From Alphaproteobacteria bacterium (GTDB taxonomy: Bacteria > Pseudomonadota > Alphaproteobacteria > MPNO01), in assembly GCA_964291675.2 (NCBI GenBank), contig OZ219865.1:992001-1056000 (forward strand): a stretch of DNA of 64,000 nucleotides, in the 5' to 3' direction. The position numbers and the translations under genes were made by a program. Below, in pieces: positions 31,799-42,459 of the stretch. Every line of letters begins with the position of its first letter. Position 1 is the first letter of the stretch. The notes under the pieces were generated by a model, which was not told the origin of the DNA, did not search any database, and saw only the letters and a list, made by a program, of their open reading frames with translations.

Positions 31799-32646
31799 CC
31801 GAAACCCTGCCGCCGCTGCGCGAGGTCATCGCCCGCCACGGCATCGGCGCAAGGCGCAGCCTGGGCCAGCACTTCCTGCTCGATCCGAACCTCGCGCGGC
31901 GCATCGTGCGCGCCGCCGGCGATCTCGGCGGGCAGACCGTGGTCGAGATCGGCCCCGGGCCGGGCGGGCTGACCCGCGCCTTGCTGGAGACGGGCGCGGC
32001 GCGGGTGATCGCCATCGAGCGGGACCCGCGCTGCGTCGACGCCCTGTCGGACCTCGCCGGGCGCTACGGCGGCCGGCTCCGCATCGTCGCGGGCGACGCG
32101 CTCGAAATCGACATCGCCGGGCTCGCCGCGGGGGGCCGGGTCGCGATCGTCGCCAACCTGCCCTACAACGTCGCCACGCCGCTGCTGATCGGCTGGCTGC
32201 GCCGCATCGAATCGATCGCGGCGATGACGCTGATGTTCCAGAAGGAGGTAGCCGAGCGCATCGCCGCCGCCCCGGGCAGCGCGGCCTATGGCCGCCTCGC
32301 GGTGGTCTGCCAGTGGCTCTGCGAGGCAAGGCGGGCGTTCGACGTGGCGCCCGCCGCCTTCGTGCCGCCGCCCAGGGTCACGTCCAGCGTGGTTCGCCTG
32401 CTGCCCCGCGCTGCGCCGCTCGCCGCCGCCGGGATGGCCGATCTGGAGGCGGTCACGGCGGCCGCGTTCGGGCGCCGGCGCAAGATGCTGCGCTCGGCGC
32501 TGGGCGGGCTGGTGGACGACCCGCTGGCGCTGTTGTCGGAGGCGGGGATCGAGGCGACCGCCCGCGCCGAGACGCTGGCGCCCGAGGCGTTCTGCGCGCT
32601 CGCCCGCGCGCTCGCGCGGATCAGAGACCCTCGTTCAGCCGCTTGA
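31795..32646 (+). CDS. rsmA: 16S rRNA dimethyltransferase RsmA/KsgA
   Basis: LGQHFL, EIGPGPGGLT, ANLPYN, MFQKEVA; TTG start overlapping pdxA stop. Confidence 0.95.
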   Translation: MTETLPPLREVIARHGIGARRSLGQHFLLDPNLARRIVRAAGDLGGQTVVEIGPGPGGLTRALLETGAARVIAIERDPRCVDALSDLAGRYGGRLRIVAGDALEIDIAGLAAGGRVAIVANLPYNVATPLLIGWLRRIESIAAMTLMFQKEVAERIAAAPGSAAYGRLAVVCQWLCEARRAFDVAPAAFVPPPRVTSSVVRLLPRAAPLAAAGMADLEAVTAAAFGRRRKMLRSALGGLVDDPLALLSEAGIEATARAETLAPEAFCALARALARIRDPRSAA

Positions 32647-33259
32647 CGAGATCGGGAAGGCCGATCTGCCGCTCCCGGCGCAGCCGCTCGGTCCTGAGAA
32701 TCGCGCGGACATCGGCCACGCTCTCCTCGATGTCGCGATTGACGACCACATAGTCGAATTCTTCCCAATGGGCGATTTCGTCCGGCGCCTTCGCCATGCG
32801 CCGGGCCACCACGTCGTCCGGGTCCTGGGCGCGCCGCCTGAGCCGCGCGTGCAGCTCGTCGGCCGAGGGCGGCAGGATGAAGATCCGAACCAGGTCGCGC
32901 GGCGCCTTCTCGGAGAGCTGGCGCGCGCCCTGCCAGTCTATGTCGAACAGGACGTCCCGCCCCTCGTCGAGCGCCCTCTCGACCGGCTCGCGCGGGGTGC
33001 CGTAGTCGTGCCCGAACACCTGGGCGTGCTCGAACAGCTCGTCGGCCGCGCGCATCTTCTCGAACGCCTTGGGGCCGACGAACCAGTAATCGCGCCCGTG
33101 GATCTCGTCGGGGCGCTTGGGGCGCGTGGTCATCGAGATCGACAGCTCGAGGCCGGTATCGGCCTCCAGCAGCAGCCGCGAGATCGTGGTCTTGCCCGCC
33201 CCCGACGGCGAGGACAGGACCAGCATGAGCCCGCGGCGGCGAATCCCGTTCCCGCCCAT
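32621..33259 (-). CDS. gmk: Guanylate kinase
   Basis: SSPSGAGKTT, TTRPKR, YGTP, DIDWQG. Confidence 0.96.
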   Translation of the reverse strand: MGGNGIRRRGLMLVLSSPSGAGKTTISRLLLEADTGLELSISMTTRPKRPDEIHGRDYWFVGPKAFEKMRAADELFEHAQVFGHDYGTPREPVERALDEGRDVLFDIDWQGARQLSEKAPRDLVRIFILPPSADELHARLRRRAQDPDDVVARRMAKAPDEIAHWEEFDYVVVNRDIEESVADVRAILRTERLRRERQIGLPDLVKRLNEGL

Positions 33260-33261
33260 CT

Positions 33262-34200
33262 CTATTCGAGGTTCTGGACCTGTTCGCGGAGCCCCTCGAC
33301 CGCCGCCTTGAGATCGAGGCCGATCTGCGTCAGGGCGAGATCGGTCGATTTCGAGCACAGCGTGTTGGCTTCGCGGTTGAATTCCTGGCACAGGAAATCG
33401 AGCCGCCGGCCGACCGGCCCGCCTTCGGCCAGCAGCGCCCGCGCCGCCGCCACGTGCCCGACCAGCCGGTCGATCTCCTCGCCCATGTCGGCGCGCGCGG
33501 CGAGATAGGCGACCTCCTGCGCCAGCCGGTCCTCGGCGAGCGGCGGGTTGGAGTCGAGCAGCGCCGCGACCTGCTCGCGCACCCGGTCGCGGATCCGCCC
33601 GGGCTGCAGCGCGGCGGTGGACGCGGCCTCGGCGGCGAGCGCGCCGATCCGGTCGAGATGGCGCGCCAGCACCGCCCCGATGCGGCAACCCTCCTCGCCG
33701 CGGGCGCCGGCAAGCGCGTCGAGCGCGGTCTCCAGGGTGGCCGCCAGGGCGTCGTGGCGGGCCTGGCGCTCGGCGTCGGACTCGTCGGCCTCCACCCGTT
33801 CCAGCACCCCGGGCAAGGCCATCAGCGCCTCGATCTGCGCGGGCGGCGCGCCGAGCCGGTCCCGCCACGACCGGTGGATCGCCGCGAGCCGCTCCAGCAC
33901 CGCCTCGTTGACCCGGATGTCGGGGCTGCTCTCGACCTGCTTGATCGACAGATGGAGAGACAGCGAGCCGCGGCTGAACCGCTCGGCCGCGAGGCCGCGC
34001 GCCCTGGGCTCCAGCGCGTCATGGCCGTGCGGCAGGCGAAGGCGGATATCGAGGTTGCGGGCGTTGACGCTTCTCGCCTCCCAGGCCCAGCTCGCGCCGT
34101 CCGGGCCGCCCTCGGCCCGGGCGAAACCGGTCATGCTCTGGAGCATGGCGGCCGGTTCGGCTACTCCCTCGGCAATTCCGGTCGCTTGGGCCTCGGCCAT
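33262..34200 (-). CDS. yicC: YicC/YloC family endoribonuclease
   Basis: SMTGFAR, E.RSVN.R.LD, GRRLDFLCQEFNREANTLCSK. Confidence 0.93.
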   Translation of the reverse strand: MAEAQATGIAEGVAEPAAMLQSMTGFARAEGGPDGASWAWEARSVNARNLDIRLRLPHGHDALEPRARGLAAERFSRGSLSLHLSIKQVESSPDIRVNEAVLERLAAIHRSWRDRLGAPPAQIEALMALPGVLERVEADESDAERQARHDALAATLETALDALAGARGEEGCRIGAVLARHLDRIGALAAEAASTAALQPGRIRDRVREQVAALLDSNPPLAEDRLAQEVAYLAARADMGEEIDRLVGHVAAARALLAEGGPVGRRLDFLCQEFNREANTLCSKSTDLALTQIGLDLKAAVEGLREQVQNLE

Positions 34201-34374
34201 GTCCGCTTCGCGCTGTCCGTGGCTTGGCGCGGCGGGAAACCCCGCCCGCCTCGCGGCGAGATTTCTATAGTACAGATCGCCGATGCCGCAAACGAATCGG
34301 GCGGCCGGGAATTCGGCTCGCCTCCCCTCCCGGCGGGGCGTAGATTCCGGGACCGGCGTCGATGGGGAGCCCCG

Positions 34375-35736
34375 ATGGATCCGATGATTGCAGCGCTGAT
34401 CGGTCTCGCGGCGGGCGCGGCCATCGTCTGGCTGGCGCGGCGCGGCGAGATCGGGCGCCTCGCCGCCGCGCGCGACGCGGAACGGAAGCGGGCGGACTCG
34501 GCGTCGAGCGATCTCGCGACCGAGCGCGCGGCGCTCGCGGCCAGCCGCGCCAGGCTCGAAGAGGTCGAGCGCGCGCACAGCCAAAGGACCGCCTCCCTCG
34601 AACGGGTCCGCGGCGACATCGAGAAGGAGCTCAAGGCGCTCGCCCAGCAGGCGCTCAAGGACAACCAGACCTCCTTCCTCGGCATCGCCAACGAGGTGTT
34701 CGACAAGCACCGCGAGCGCGTCGACGGCGAGCTCAAGCCGATCCGGACCGCGCTCGCCGAGTGGCGCAAGAACCTGGAAGAGATCGAACGGACCCGCAGG
34801 GAGCATTACGGCAGCCTCACCGCCGAGCTCAAGAACGTCGTGGACGGCCAGGAGCGGGTCCGGGGCGAGGCGTCGCGGCTGGTCCACGCGCTGCGCGCGG
34901 CGCCCAAGACCCGCGGGCGCTGGGGCGAGGAGACGCTGAAGAACGTGCTCGAGCTGTCCGGCATGACCGAGCATTGCGACTTCGTCCGCGAGCAGTCGCT
35001 GAACGAGGAATCCGGCGTCCTGCGCCCGGACGTGATCATCCGCCTGCCCGGCGAGCGCTACATGGTGGTCGACGCCAAGACCTCGCTCGCCGCCTATCTG
35101 GACGCCGTGGAAGCCGACGACGAGGCCGAGCGCGAGGCGCATCTGGAACGGCACGGCCAGCAGCTCCGCACCCATATGCGCCGCCTCGGCGAGAAGGCGT
35201 ACTGGGAGGCGTGCCGGCGCGCGCACAAGGTCACCCCGGACTTCGTGGTGATGTTCGTCCCGGGCGACAACTTTTATGCCGCGGCGATCGAGCGCGATCC
35301 GGGGCTCTATGACGACGCGCTCAAGTCCAACGTGCTCATCGTCACGCCCACGGTGATGCTCGGCCTCGCCAAGGCGGTGGCGTTCGGCTGGCGCCAGGAG
35401 AAGGTCGCGGACAACGCCCGGGAGGTCGCCAGGTTGGGCCAGGTGCTGTACCAGCGGATGAGCACGATGGGCGGCCACATCGTCGAGCTGGGGCGGGACA
35501 TCGCGCGCTCGGTCGGCAGCTACAACGAGTTCGTCGGCAGCCTGGAGTCGCGGGTGATGCCGCAGGCGCGCCGCTTCTCGGAGCTGGAGGTCGAGGGGGC
35601 GTCGCACCCGCTGGCCGAGGCGCAGCCGATCGACACCGACATCCGAATGCCGCGCGCGGATCGCGACCTCGCAATCGGGGCATCGCCGGAGCCGGCGGCG
35701 GAGCCGCGCCCGCCGATCGGGCCGGCCGCGGAGTAG
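34375..35736 (+). CDS. rmuC: DNA recombination protein RmuC
   Basis: N-terminal TM plus coiled coil, RGRWGE, RPDVIIRLP...VDAK, DFVVMFVP. Confidence 0.92.
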   Translation: MDPMIAALIGLAAGAAIVWLARRGEIGRLAAARDAERKRADSASSDLATERAALAASRARLEEVERAHSQRTASLERVRGDIEKELKALAQQALKDNQTSFLGIANEVFDKHRERVDGELKPIRTALAEWRKNLEEIERTRREHYGSLTAELKNVVDGQERVRGEASRLVHALRAAPKTRGRWGEETLKNVLELSGMTEHCDFVREQSLNEESGVLRPDVIIRLPGERYMVVDAKTSLAAYLDAVEADDEAEREAHLERHGQQLRTHMRRLGEKAYWEACRRAHKVTPDFVVMFVPGDNFYAAAIERDPGLYDDALKSNVLIVTPTVMLGLAKAVAFGWRQEKVADNAREVARLGQVLYQRMSTMGGHIVELGRDIARSVGSYNEFVGSLESRVMPQARRFSELEVEGASHPLAEAQPIDTDIRMPRADRDLAIGASPEPAAEPRPPIGPAAE

Positions 35737-35808
35737 CCACGCTCGCGGTTCGGCCGGGCGGCGGCGTAGTCACGCTTGCGGTTCAGCCCGGCGGCGGCGT
35801 AGCCGCGC
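35733..35808. repeat. 33-bp tandem repeat (about 2.3 copies) at rmuC/mltG junction
   Basis: GTAGCCACGCTCGCGGTTCGGCCGGGCGGCGGC / GTAGTCACGCTTGCGGTTCAGCCCGGCGGCGGC (29/33) / GTAGCCGCGC. Confidence 0.75.
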
Positions 35809-36811
35809 CCGGAGATTTCGGCGGCTTTTCCCTGCGCTCGCGCTCGATTCGCCGCCAGCGGGCGACGTTGCGGCGGTGCTCCGAGAGCGTGCGGGCGAAG
35901 ACGTGCCCGCCGCTGCCGTCGGCGACGAAATAGAGCTCGTCCGTCTCCGCCGGGTGCAGCGCCGCCTCGATCGAGGCGCGGCCCGGGTTGGCGATCGGCC
36001 CGGGCGGCAGGCCGTTCACCCGGTAGGTGTTGTAGGGCGAGTCGACGCGGAGGTCGGCCCGGCCGAGCGGCCGGCCGAGCGGCGCCCTGCCCCGGGTCAG
36101 GGCATAGGCCACCGTGGGGTCCGATTGCAGGCGCATGCCGCGGCGCAGCCGGTTGTGGAACACCGCCGAGACGCGCGCCCGCTCGTCCGGGCGCGCGGTC
36201 TCGCGTTCGACGATCGAGGCCAGCACCAGGGCCTGTTCCGGGCTTTCGAGCGCGAGCCCGGGCGCGCGCTTCCCCCACAGCGAGCGCAGCGTCTCGCGCA
36301 TCGAATCGCGCATCCGCCGGATGAGCGCCGCGCGGCTGTCGCCGAGCGAGAAGAAATAGGTTTCCGGCAGCAGCGAGCCTTCGGGAACGTCGTCCGGGAG
36401 GTCGCCGGCGAGCCCGGCATCGGCGGCGACGAGAGCGAACGCCTGGCTCACGGTGAGCCCCTCGGCGACGGTGAGCCTGCGCTTGACCGTCTCGCCGCGC
36501 GCCAGCAGCGCGATCGCCCGGTCCATCGAGATGCCGGCCGGGAAGCGGTACTCGCCCGCGCGCATCGCCCGGCCGCGCCCGGTCAGCCGGGCGCCGGCGG
36601 CGAACAGGAACCGGTCGCCGACGACCCCGCTCGCATGCAGCATCGCCGCGATGCGCTCGACGCCCGCGCCCTTCTCGATGACCACCGTCCCGGCGGCGGC
36701 GAGCGGCCCCGGCCCGGTGAACGCGACATGCGCGCGCCAGGCGAAGACGAGCAGGAACAGGGCCGCCCCGAGCGCGCCGAACACAGCCGCGTGGAGGACA
36801 AGCCGAAACAT
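35783..36811 (-). CDS. mltG: Endolytic transglycosylase MltG
   Basis: EGSLLPETY, LASIVERET, LQSDPT, SPYNTY, GLPPGPIANPG. Confidence 0.95.
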   Translation of the reverse strand: MFRLVLHAAVFGALGAALFLLVFAWRAHVAFTGPGPLAAAGTVVIEKGAGVERIAAMLHASGVVGDRFLFAAGARLTGRGRAMRAGEYRFPAGISMDRAIALLARGETVKRRLTVAEGLTVSQAFALVAADAGLAGDLPDDVPEGSLLPETYFFSLGDSRAALIRRMRDSMRETLRSLWGKRAPGLALESPEQALVLASIVERETARPDERARVSAVFHNRLRRGMRLQSDPTVAYALTRGRAPLGRPLGRADLRVDSPYNTYRVNGLPPGPIANPGRASIEAALHPAETDELYFVADGSGGHVFARTLSEHRRNVARWRRIERERREKPPKSPGAATPPPG

Positions 36812-36827
36812 CGGCGCCGCCGCCGGA

Positions 36828-38090
36828 TCAGGGCGGCGAGGCGAAGATCAGGGAGGCGTTCGTGCCGCCGAAGCCGAAGGAGTTGGACAGCGCGTTGCGG
36901 ACCGGGCGTTCCCGGGCCTCTTTCGGCACGAGGTCGAGGTCGCAGCCCTCCGAGGGGTTGTCGAGATTCAGCGTGGGCGGGACCACGCCGTCATTGACCG
37001 CCATGATGGAAAAGATCGCCTCGACGCTGCCGGCGGCGCCGAGCAGGTGGCCGATCGCCGACTTGGTCGACGACATCGAGAGCGCATGGGCGTCCTCGCC
37101 GAACACCCGCTTCACCGCGCCGAGCTCGATCTCGTCGCCGAGCGGCGTCGAGGTGCCGTGCGCGTTGATGTAGTCGATCTCGTCGGTGTTGAGCCGCGCC
37201 CGCTTGAGAGCCGCCATCATCGAACGGTAGCCGCCGTTCCCGTCCTCCGGCGGCGAGGTGATGTGGTGCGCGTCGCCCGACATGCCGTAGCCCACGACCT
37301 CGCCGTAGATCCTGGCGCCGCGCCGCCTGGCATGCTCGATCTCTTCCAGCACGACGATGCCGGCGCCCTCGCCCATCACGAAGCCGTCGCGGTCGCGGTC
37401 CCACGGTCTGGAGGCGCGTTCGGGGGTATCGTTGAAACCGGTCGACAGCGCCCGCGCCGACGCGAAGCCGGCGATGCCGATCCGGCACACCGCCGCCTCG
37501 GCGCCGCCGGCGACCATCACGTCGGCATCGTCGAGCATGATCATCCGCGCGGCATCGCCGATCGCATGCGCCCCGGTCGCGCAGGCGGTCACCACGGAGT
37601 GGTTGGGACCCTTGAAGCCGTAGCGGATCGAGACCTGTCCGGAAGCCAGGTTGATCAGGCTGGCCGGGATGAAGAACGGCGTCACCCGGCGCGGGCCGCG
37701 CCGGTCCATCGTCAACGACCCGTCGAAGATGACCTTGAGGCCGCCGATCCCGGAGCCGATCAGCACGCCCGTCCTCTCGCGGTCCTCTTCCCGTTCCGGC
37801 GTCCAGCCCGAGTCGTCGACCGCCTCGGCCGCGGCGCCGAGCGTGTAGACGATGAAGTCGTCCATCTTGCGCCGGTCCTTGGCGGTCGAGACCGTGTCGG
37901 GGTCGAACCGCCCGTCCTCCCCGTTGCCGAGCGGAACGGTGCCGGCGATCTTGCAGGGCAGGTCGGAGACATCGAAGGCCCGCACCGCCCCGATGCCCGA
38001 TTCGCCGTTTATCAGGCGGGTCCAGACATGCCCGACCCCCGCCCCCAGCGGGGTCACCAGTCCTAGTCCGGTGATGACTACGCGTCTCAT
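36828..38090 (-). CDS. fabF: 3-oxoacyl-ACP synthase II
   Basis: VTACATG, NAHGTST, KSAIGHLLGAAG, SNSFGFGG. Confidence 0.97.
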   Translation of the reverse strand: MRRVVITGLGLVTPLGAGVGHVWTRLINGESGIGAVRAFDVSDLPCKIAGTVPLGNGEDGRFDPDTVSTAKDRRKMDDFIVYTLGAAAEAVDDSGWTPEREEDRERTGVLIGSGIGGLKVIFDGSLTMDRRGPRRVTPFFIPASLINLASGQVSIRYGFKGPNHSVVTACATGAHAIGDAARMIMLDDADVMVAGGAEAAVCRIGIAGFASARALSTGFNDTPERASRPWDRDRDGFVMGEGAGIVVLEEIEHARRRGARIYGEVVGYGMSGDAHHITSPPEDGNGGYRSMMAALKRARLNTDEIDYINAHGTSTPLGDEIELGAVKRVFGEDAHALSMSSTKSAIGHLLGAAGSVEAIFSIMAVNDGVVPPTLNLDNPSEGCDLDLVPKEARERPVRNALSNSFGFGGTNASLIFASPP

Positions 38091-38144
38091 CGCCGCATCG
38101 GCCGCTCTTGCTTCATCGCCGGCCGAGCGCTGCCGCAGGCGGGC

Positions 38145-38384
38145 TCAAGCGTTCGCGTTTTCTTCGATGAAGTTGATCGCATCCTTGACAGTCAGAATCT
38201 TCTCCGCCGCGTCGTCCGGTATCTCGCAGCCGAACTCCTCCTCGAACGCCATCACCAGTTCGACGGTGTCGAGGCTGTCGGCGCCGAGGTCGTCGATGAA
38301 GCTCGCATTGTCGGTGACCTTGGCCTCGTCGACGCCAAGGTGCTCGACCACGATCTTCTTTACACGGTTGGAGGTGTCGCTCAT
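38145..38384 (-). CDS. acpP: Acyl carrier protein
   Basis: [20 protein letters not shown]. Confidence 0.97.
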   Translation of the reverse strand: MSDTSNRVKKIVVEHLGVDEAKVTDNASFIDDLGADSLDTVELVMAFEEEFGCEIPDDAAEKILTVKDAINFIEENANA

Positions 38385-38521
38385 GTCAGGGTTCCTCGGT
38401 GTGGTAGACGCCGGACCCGACACGGGGGAGGGACCGACGCGATACTTGGCCGCACGGTGAGGGCCGATACCTATCACAGTCGCTATGCACTTGCCAGCGC
38501 GGGGCCGAACCCGGCCGCCCC

Positions 38522-39259
38522 CTACAGCATCGCCATGCCGCCATTGACGCTGATCGTCTGCCCGGTGACGTAGGCCGCCTCGTCGCTCGCCAGGAACACC
38601 ACGCAGGCGGCGACATCCTCGGGCGTGCCGAGACGCCCGGCCGGTATCCGCTCGGCCAGCCGCGCGGTCTGCTCGTCGCCCAGCGCGCGGGTCATCGCGG
38701 TGTCGATGAAGCCGGGCGCGACGCAGTTTACGGTGACGTTGCGCGCCGCGACCTCGGCGGCGAGCGCCTTGCTCATCCCGGTCATGCCGGCCTTGGCGGC
38801 GGCGTAGTTGGCCTGGCCGGGGTTGCCGGTCTGGCCGACGATCGAGGTGATGGCGACGATCCGGCCCCAGCGCGCGCGCATCATGCCGCGCAGCGCCGCG
38901 CGGGCGAGCCTGAACCCGGCGGTGAGGTTGACGTCGAGCACGCCGCGCCAGTCCTCGTCGCGCATCCTGAGCGCCAGGCTGTCGCGCGCGAGCCCCGCGT
39001 TGTTGACCAGGATGTCGATCCCGCCCATCGCGTCCGCCGCCGCCTTGACGAGGCCGTCGGTCGCGTCCGCGTCGGCGAGGTCGGCGATCAGCGCGTGGGC
39101 GCGTTCGCCGAGCGCGGCGGCGCGTTCCTCCAGCGCCGCGCGGTTGCGCCCGGCCAGCGCCACCGTCGCCCCCTGGCGGTGCAGCGCCGATGCGACCGCG
39201 CCGCCGATTCCACCCGACGCCCCGGTGATCAGCGCGCGCCTGTTTGCCAGATCGAACAT
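38522..39259 (-). CDS. fabG: 3-oxoacyl-ACP reductase
   Basis: [25 protein letters not shown]. Confidence 0.96.
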   Translation of the reverse strand: MFDLANRRALITGASGGIGGAVASALHRQGATVALAGRNRAALEERAAALGERAHALIADLADADATDGLVKAAADAMGGIDILVNNAGLARDSLALRMRDEDWRGVLDVNLTAGFRLARAALRGMMRARWGRIVAITSIVGQTGNPGQANYAAAKAGMTGMSKALAAEVAARNVTVNCVAPGFIDTAMTRALGDEQTARLAERIPAGRLGTPEDVAACVVFLASDEAAYVTGQTISVNGGMAML

Positions 39260-39278
39260 GGTCCTGAGCCTGCGATTG

Positions 39279-40216
39279 TCAGAGCTTCAACAGCGCCTCG
39301 AGGTCGTCGGGGCTCTGCACGGAGAGCGCGCCGAGATCCGGGTCGATGCGCCGCGCGAGCCCGGTGAGCACCTTCCGGCGCCGAGCTCGACCAGCGTCTC
39401 GACCCCGGCATCGCGCATCGCCAGCACGCATTCGCGCCAGCGCACGCGGCCGGTCACCTGGGCGACCAGCAGCTCGCGGATCTCGTCGGGGTCGGAGACC
39501 GGCTCGGCGGAGACGTTCGCCACCAGCGCGGGCTCGGGCGGGCTCACCTCGGTCGCCGCGAGCGCCTCCTCCATCGCCTCGGCCGCCGGCCGCAACAGCC
39601 GGCAGTGGAACGGCGCCGAGACCGGCAGCATGACCGCCCGCCGGATGCCGCGCTCCCTGGCGAGCGCCACCGCGCGCTCCACCGCCTCGGCATCGCCCGA
39701 CAGCACCACCTGGCCGGGCGCGTTGTCGTTGGCGATGTCGCAGACCTGGCTCTCGGCCGCATCGGCGGCGATCTCGCCCGCCTGTTCGAGCGTGGCGCCG
39801 AGCAGGGCCGCCATCGCGCCCGCGCCGACCGGCACCGCCGCCTGCATCGCCCTGCCGCGGGTCTTCAGGAGCCTGGCCGCATCCGGCAGGGAGAAGCTGC
39901 CCGCGGCGGCGAGCGCGGCGTATTCGCCGAGCGAATGGCCGGCGACGCGGATCACCCGCCCGGCCATGTCGAACTCCGTCTCCCGGGCCAGCACCCGGAG
40001 CACGGCGATGCTGACCGCCATCAGGGCGGGCTGCGCGTTCTCGGTCAGCCTGAGATCCTCTTCCGGGCCGTGGCGGACGATGCGCGACAGGTTCTGCCCG
40101 AGCGCGTCGTCGACCTCTTCCAGGGTCTCCCTGGCGACCGGAAAGGCGGCGAGGAACGCCTCTCCCATGCCCACCGCCTGGGAGCCCTGCCCGGGAAAGA
40201 CAAAGGCGATCGTCAT
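39279..40216 (-). CDS. fabD: Malonyl-CoA:ACP transacylase (apparent 1-nt frameshift near 39373)
   Basis: FPGQGSQ, GHSLGEY, VSAPFH; the conserved ELGAG-KVLTGL tail continues in another frame to TGA at 39279. Confidence 0.9.
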
Positions 40217-40479
40217 TCGCGTCCCGCTGAAGCCCGCAGGGGAGAGCCGGCGGGGGCCGGCGGCGACAACAGACATCGGCCCCTTCGTCCTGTCAAGCCG
40301 GGCGCCCGCCGGGGCGGCACTCGGTCAAGGTTGCAAATGCCCTGTCAATGTGCCACCGTTTGAATGCCGCCCGCCAAAATTATCATGGCGGGCGGGCGAA
40401 CGGGGGCTCCAGACCCCCGCGGCAATGCCACGCGGCAAGGAGGCTACAAAGACAAGATAATCGAAGAACGGAGGAAGCC

Positions 40480-41718
40480 ATGGCTAATACTGTGTTTCGG
40501 GCAGAAATGGACAAATGGCCCGAGGACCAAGCAGTAAAAACTCATAATCGCTGGCATCCCGATATCCCGATAGTGGAGAACTTCAAGCCCGGCGACGAGT
40601 TCCGGGTCGAGTGCTACGACTGGACCGGCGGGCAGATCAACAACGACGAATCTGCCAACGACATCCGCGATGTCGATCTTTCGAAAGTGCACTATTTGAG
40701 CGGACCGTTCGGCGTCGAAGGCGCCGAGCCGGGCGATCTGTTGGTGGTCGACATCAACGACATCGGCTGGCTGGAAGACTCGAAATGGGGCTTTACCGGG
40801 ATCTTCGCGCTGGAGAACGGCGGCGGGTTCCTGGACAGGCATTTCCCCGATGCGCGCAAGGCGTGCTGGGACTTCCACGGCATCTATACGACATCGCGCC
40901 ACATTCCCGGCGTGCGCTTCCCGGGGCTTATCCATCCCGGGCTGATCGGCACATTGCCCGACGCCGATCTGCTGAAGCGCTGGAACGATCGGGAATCGGC
41001 CCTGTTCAACACCGATCCGGACCGTGTGCCGCCTCTGGCCACCCTGCCGGACGGGCTGGCCGGGACGACCACGGCGCTGATGGGCCAGATGTCCGGCGAT
41101 GCCGGGCGCGCGGCAGGGCAGGAAGGCGCCCGCACGGTGCCGGGACGCGAGCATGGCGGGAACTGCGACATCAAGAACCTGTCGCGCGGTTCCACCTGCT
41201 ACTTCCCGGTCTTCATGCCGGGCGGCGGGCTGTCGATGGGCGACATCCACTGGTCGCAGGGGGATGGCGAGATCACCTTCTGCGGCGCCATCGAGATGGC
41301 CGGGTGGATCGACATCGGCGTCGACGTCATCAAGGGCGGGGTGGAGAAGTACGGGATCACCAACCCGGTCTTCAAGCCGAGCCCGATCGAGCCCCATTAC
41401 TCGGAGTATCTGATCTTCGAGGGGGTCTGCGTCGACGAGCATGACGGCTCGCAGAAATACCTGGATGCGACGGTTGCGTACCGGCGTGCCTGCCTGAACG
41501 CGGTCGAATATCTCAAGAAGTTCGGCTATTCGGGCGAGCAGGCCTACATGATCCTCGGCACCGCGCCGGTCGAAGGCCGGGTCAGCGGGATCGTGGACAT
41601 CCCCAACGCGTGCTGCACGGTTGCGGTTCCGACCGAGATCTTCGACTTCGAGATCCGGCCGAACGCTTCCGGACCGACCGTCCAGGTGAGTGGCGTAGAC
41701 GTAACGTCCTGCAGCTGA
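40480..41718 (+). CDS. fmdA: Formamidase (acetamidase/formamidase family)
   Basis: HNRWHPDIP, ECYDWTGGQI, REHGGNCDIKNL, SQGDGEI.FCGAIEM; GGAGG RBS. Confidence 0.93.
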   Translation: MANTVFRAEMDKWPEDQAVKTHNRWHPDIPIVENFKPGDEFRVECYDWTGGQINNDESANDIRDVDLSKVHYLSGPFGVEGAEPGDLLVVDINDIGWLEDSKWGFTGIFALENGGGFLDRHFPDARKACWDFHGIYTTSRHIPGVRFPGLIHPGLIGTLPDADLLKRWNDRESALFNTDPDRVPPLATLPDGLAGTTTALMGQMSGDAGRAAGQEGARTVPGREHGGNCDIKNLSRGSTCYFPVFMPGGGLSMGDIHWSQGDGEITFCGAIEMAGWIDIGVDVIKGGVEKYGITNPVFKPSPIEPHYSEYLIFEGVCVDEHDGSQKYLDATVAYRRACLNAVEYLKKFGYSGEQAYMILGTAPVEGRVSGIVDIPNACCTVAVPTEIFDFEIRPNASGPTVQVSGVDVTSCS

Positions 41719-41879
41719 TCGATGCGCGGCGGGGGCGGGGCGGCGATCGCCCCGCCGCCGCTTTGCATCCGGAGCCGCAGACGATGACCGGCAGGGGTTC
41801 GCGCGGCGCAGCCCATCGTCGCGCGCCCGCGTCGATACCGGTGTCTCTGCGGATGGACTGAAACGCGGAGATCACGAAA

Positions 41880-42392
41880 ATGCTCGGACTTGCACTGCTA
41901 TGGGTCGGAGCCGTTCTGTTCCTGAACGGGCTCTGGCTGCTGGGCCGGATCGGCGATCGCGAGATCGCCATCATCAACATCTTTTCCGGCCTTGTGACGG
42001 CGGCCGTGGCCGCATATCTGGCTTTCGGGCCCGGTGCCGACGACCAATCGATCAGGGCCGCGGCGCTGACGCTGCTCTTCAGCTTCACCTATCTGTGGGT
42101 GGCCTATAACCGGTTCCAGGACGTCGACGGGCGCGGCCTCGGCTGGTACAGCCTGTTCGTCTCCATCACCGTCGTCCCGGTGGCCGTGGTGCAGTTCATG
42201 GCCGCGACCTCGGCGCTGGGATGGTGGCTGGGCGTGTGCTGGGCCGCGTGGGCGGTACTGTGGTTCATGTTCTTCCTGTTGCTGGCGATGCAGAAACCGA
42301 TCGTCAAGGCGACGGGAGCCATGACCTCGATACAGGGCGTGCTGACCGCCTGGCTGCCCGGCTACCTGATACTGGAAGGCTGGCTCGTCTAG
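41880..42392 (+). CDS. AmiS/UreI family amide/urea channel
   Basis: MLGL.LL.VGAVL..NG, LLFSFTYLWVA, DGRGLGWYSLFV. Confidence 0.9.
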   Translation: MLGLALLWVGAVLFLNGLWLLGRIGDREIAIINIFSGLVTAAVAAYLAFGPGADDQSIRAAALTLLFSFTYLWVAYNRFQDVDGRGLGWYSLFVSITVVPVAVVQFMAATSALGWWLGVCWAAWAVLWFMFFLLLAMQKPIVKATGAMTSIQGVLTAWLPGYLILEGWLV

Positions 42393-42459
42393 CCGGACGA
42401 TGCCGTCCGGCTCCGCACGGGGCCGGGCGGTATCGGGCCGCACCAGGGAGGAGAGCGCG

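Noticed and set aside
35733-35808. Possible mini CRISPR array (33-bp repeats)
   Set aside because: The repeats are directly adjacent with no spacers, and no cas genes are present
40420-40450. GGCAAGGAGGCT hairpin resembling an ANTAR (AmiR) target upstream of fmdA
   Set aside because: Only one plausible hexaloop hairpin; the required tandem partner and terminator are not evident
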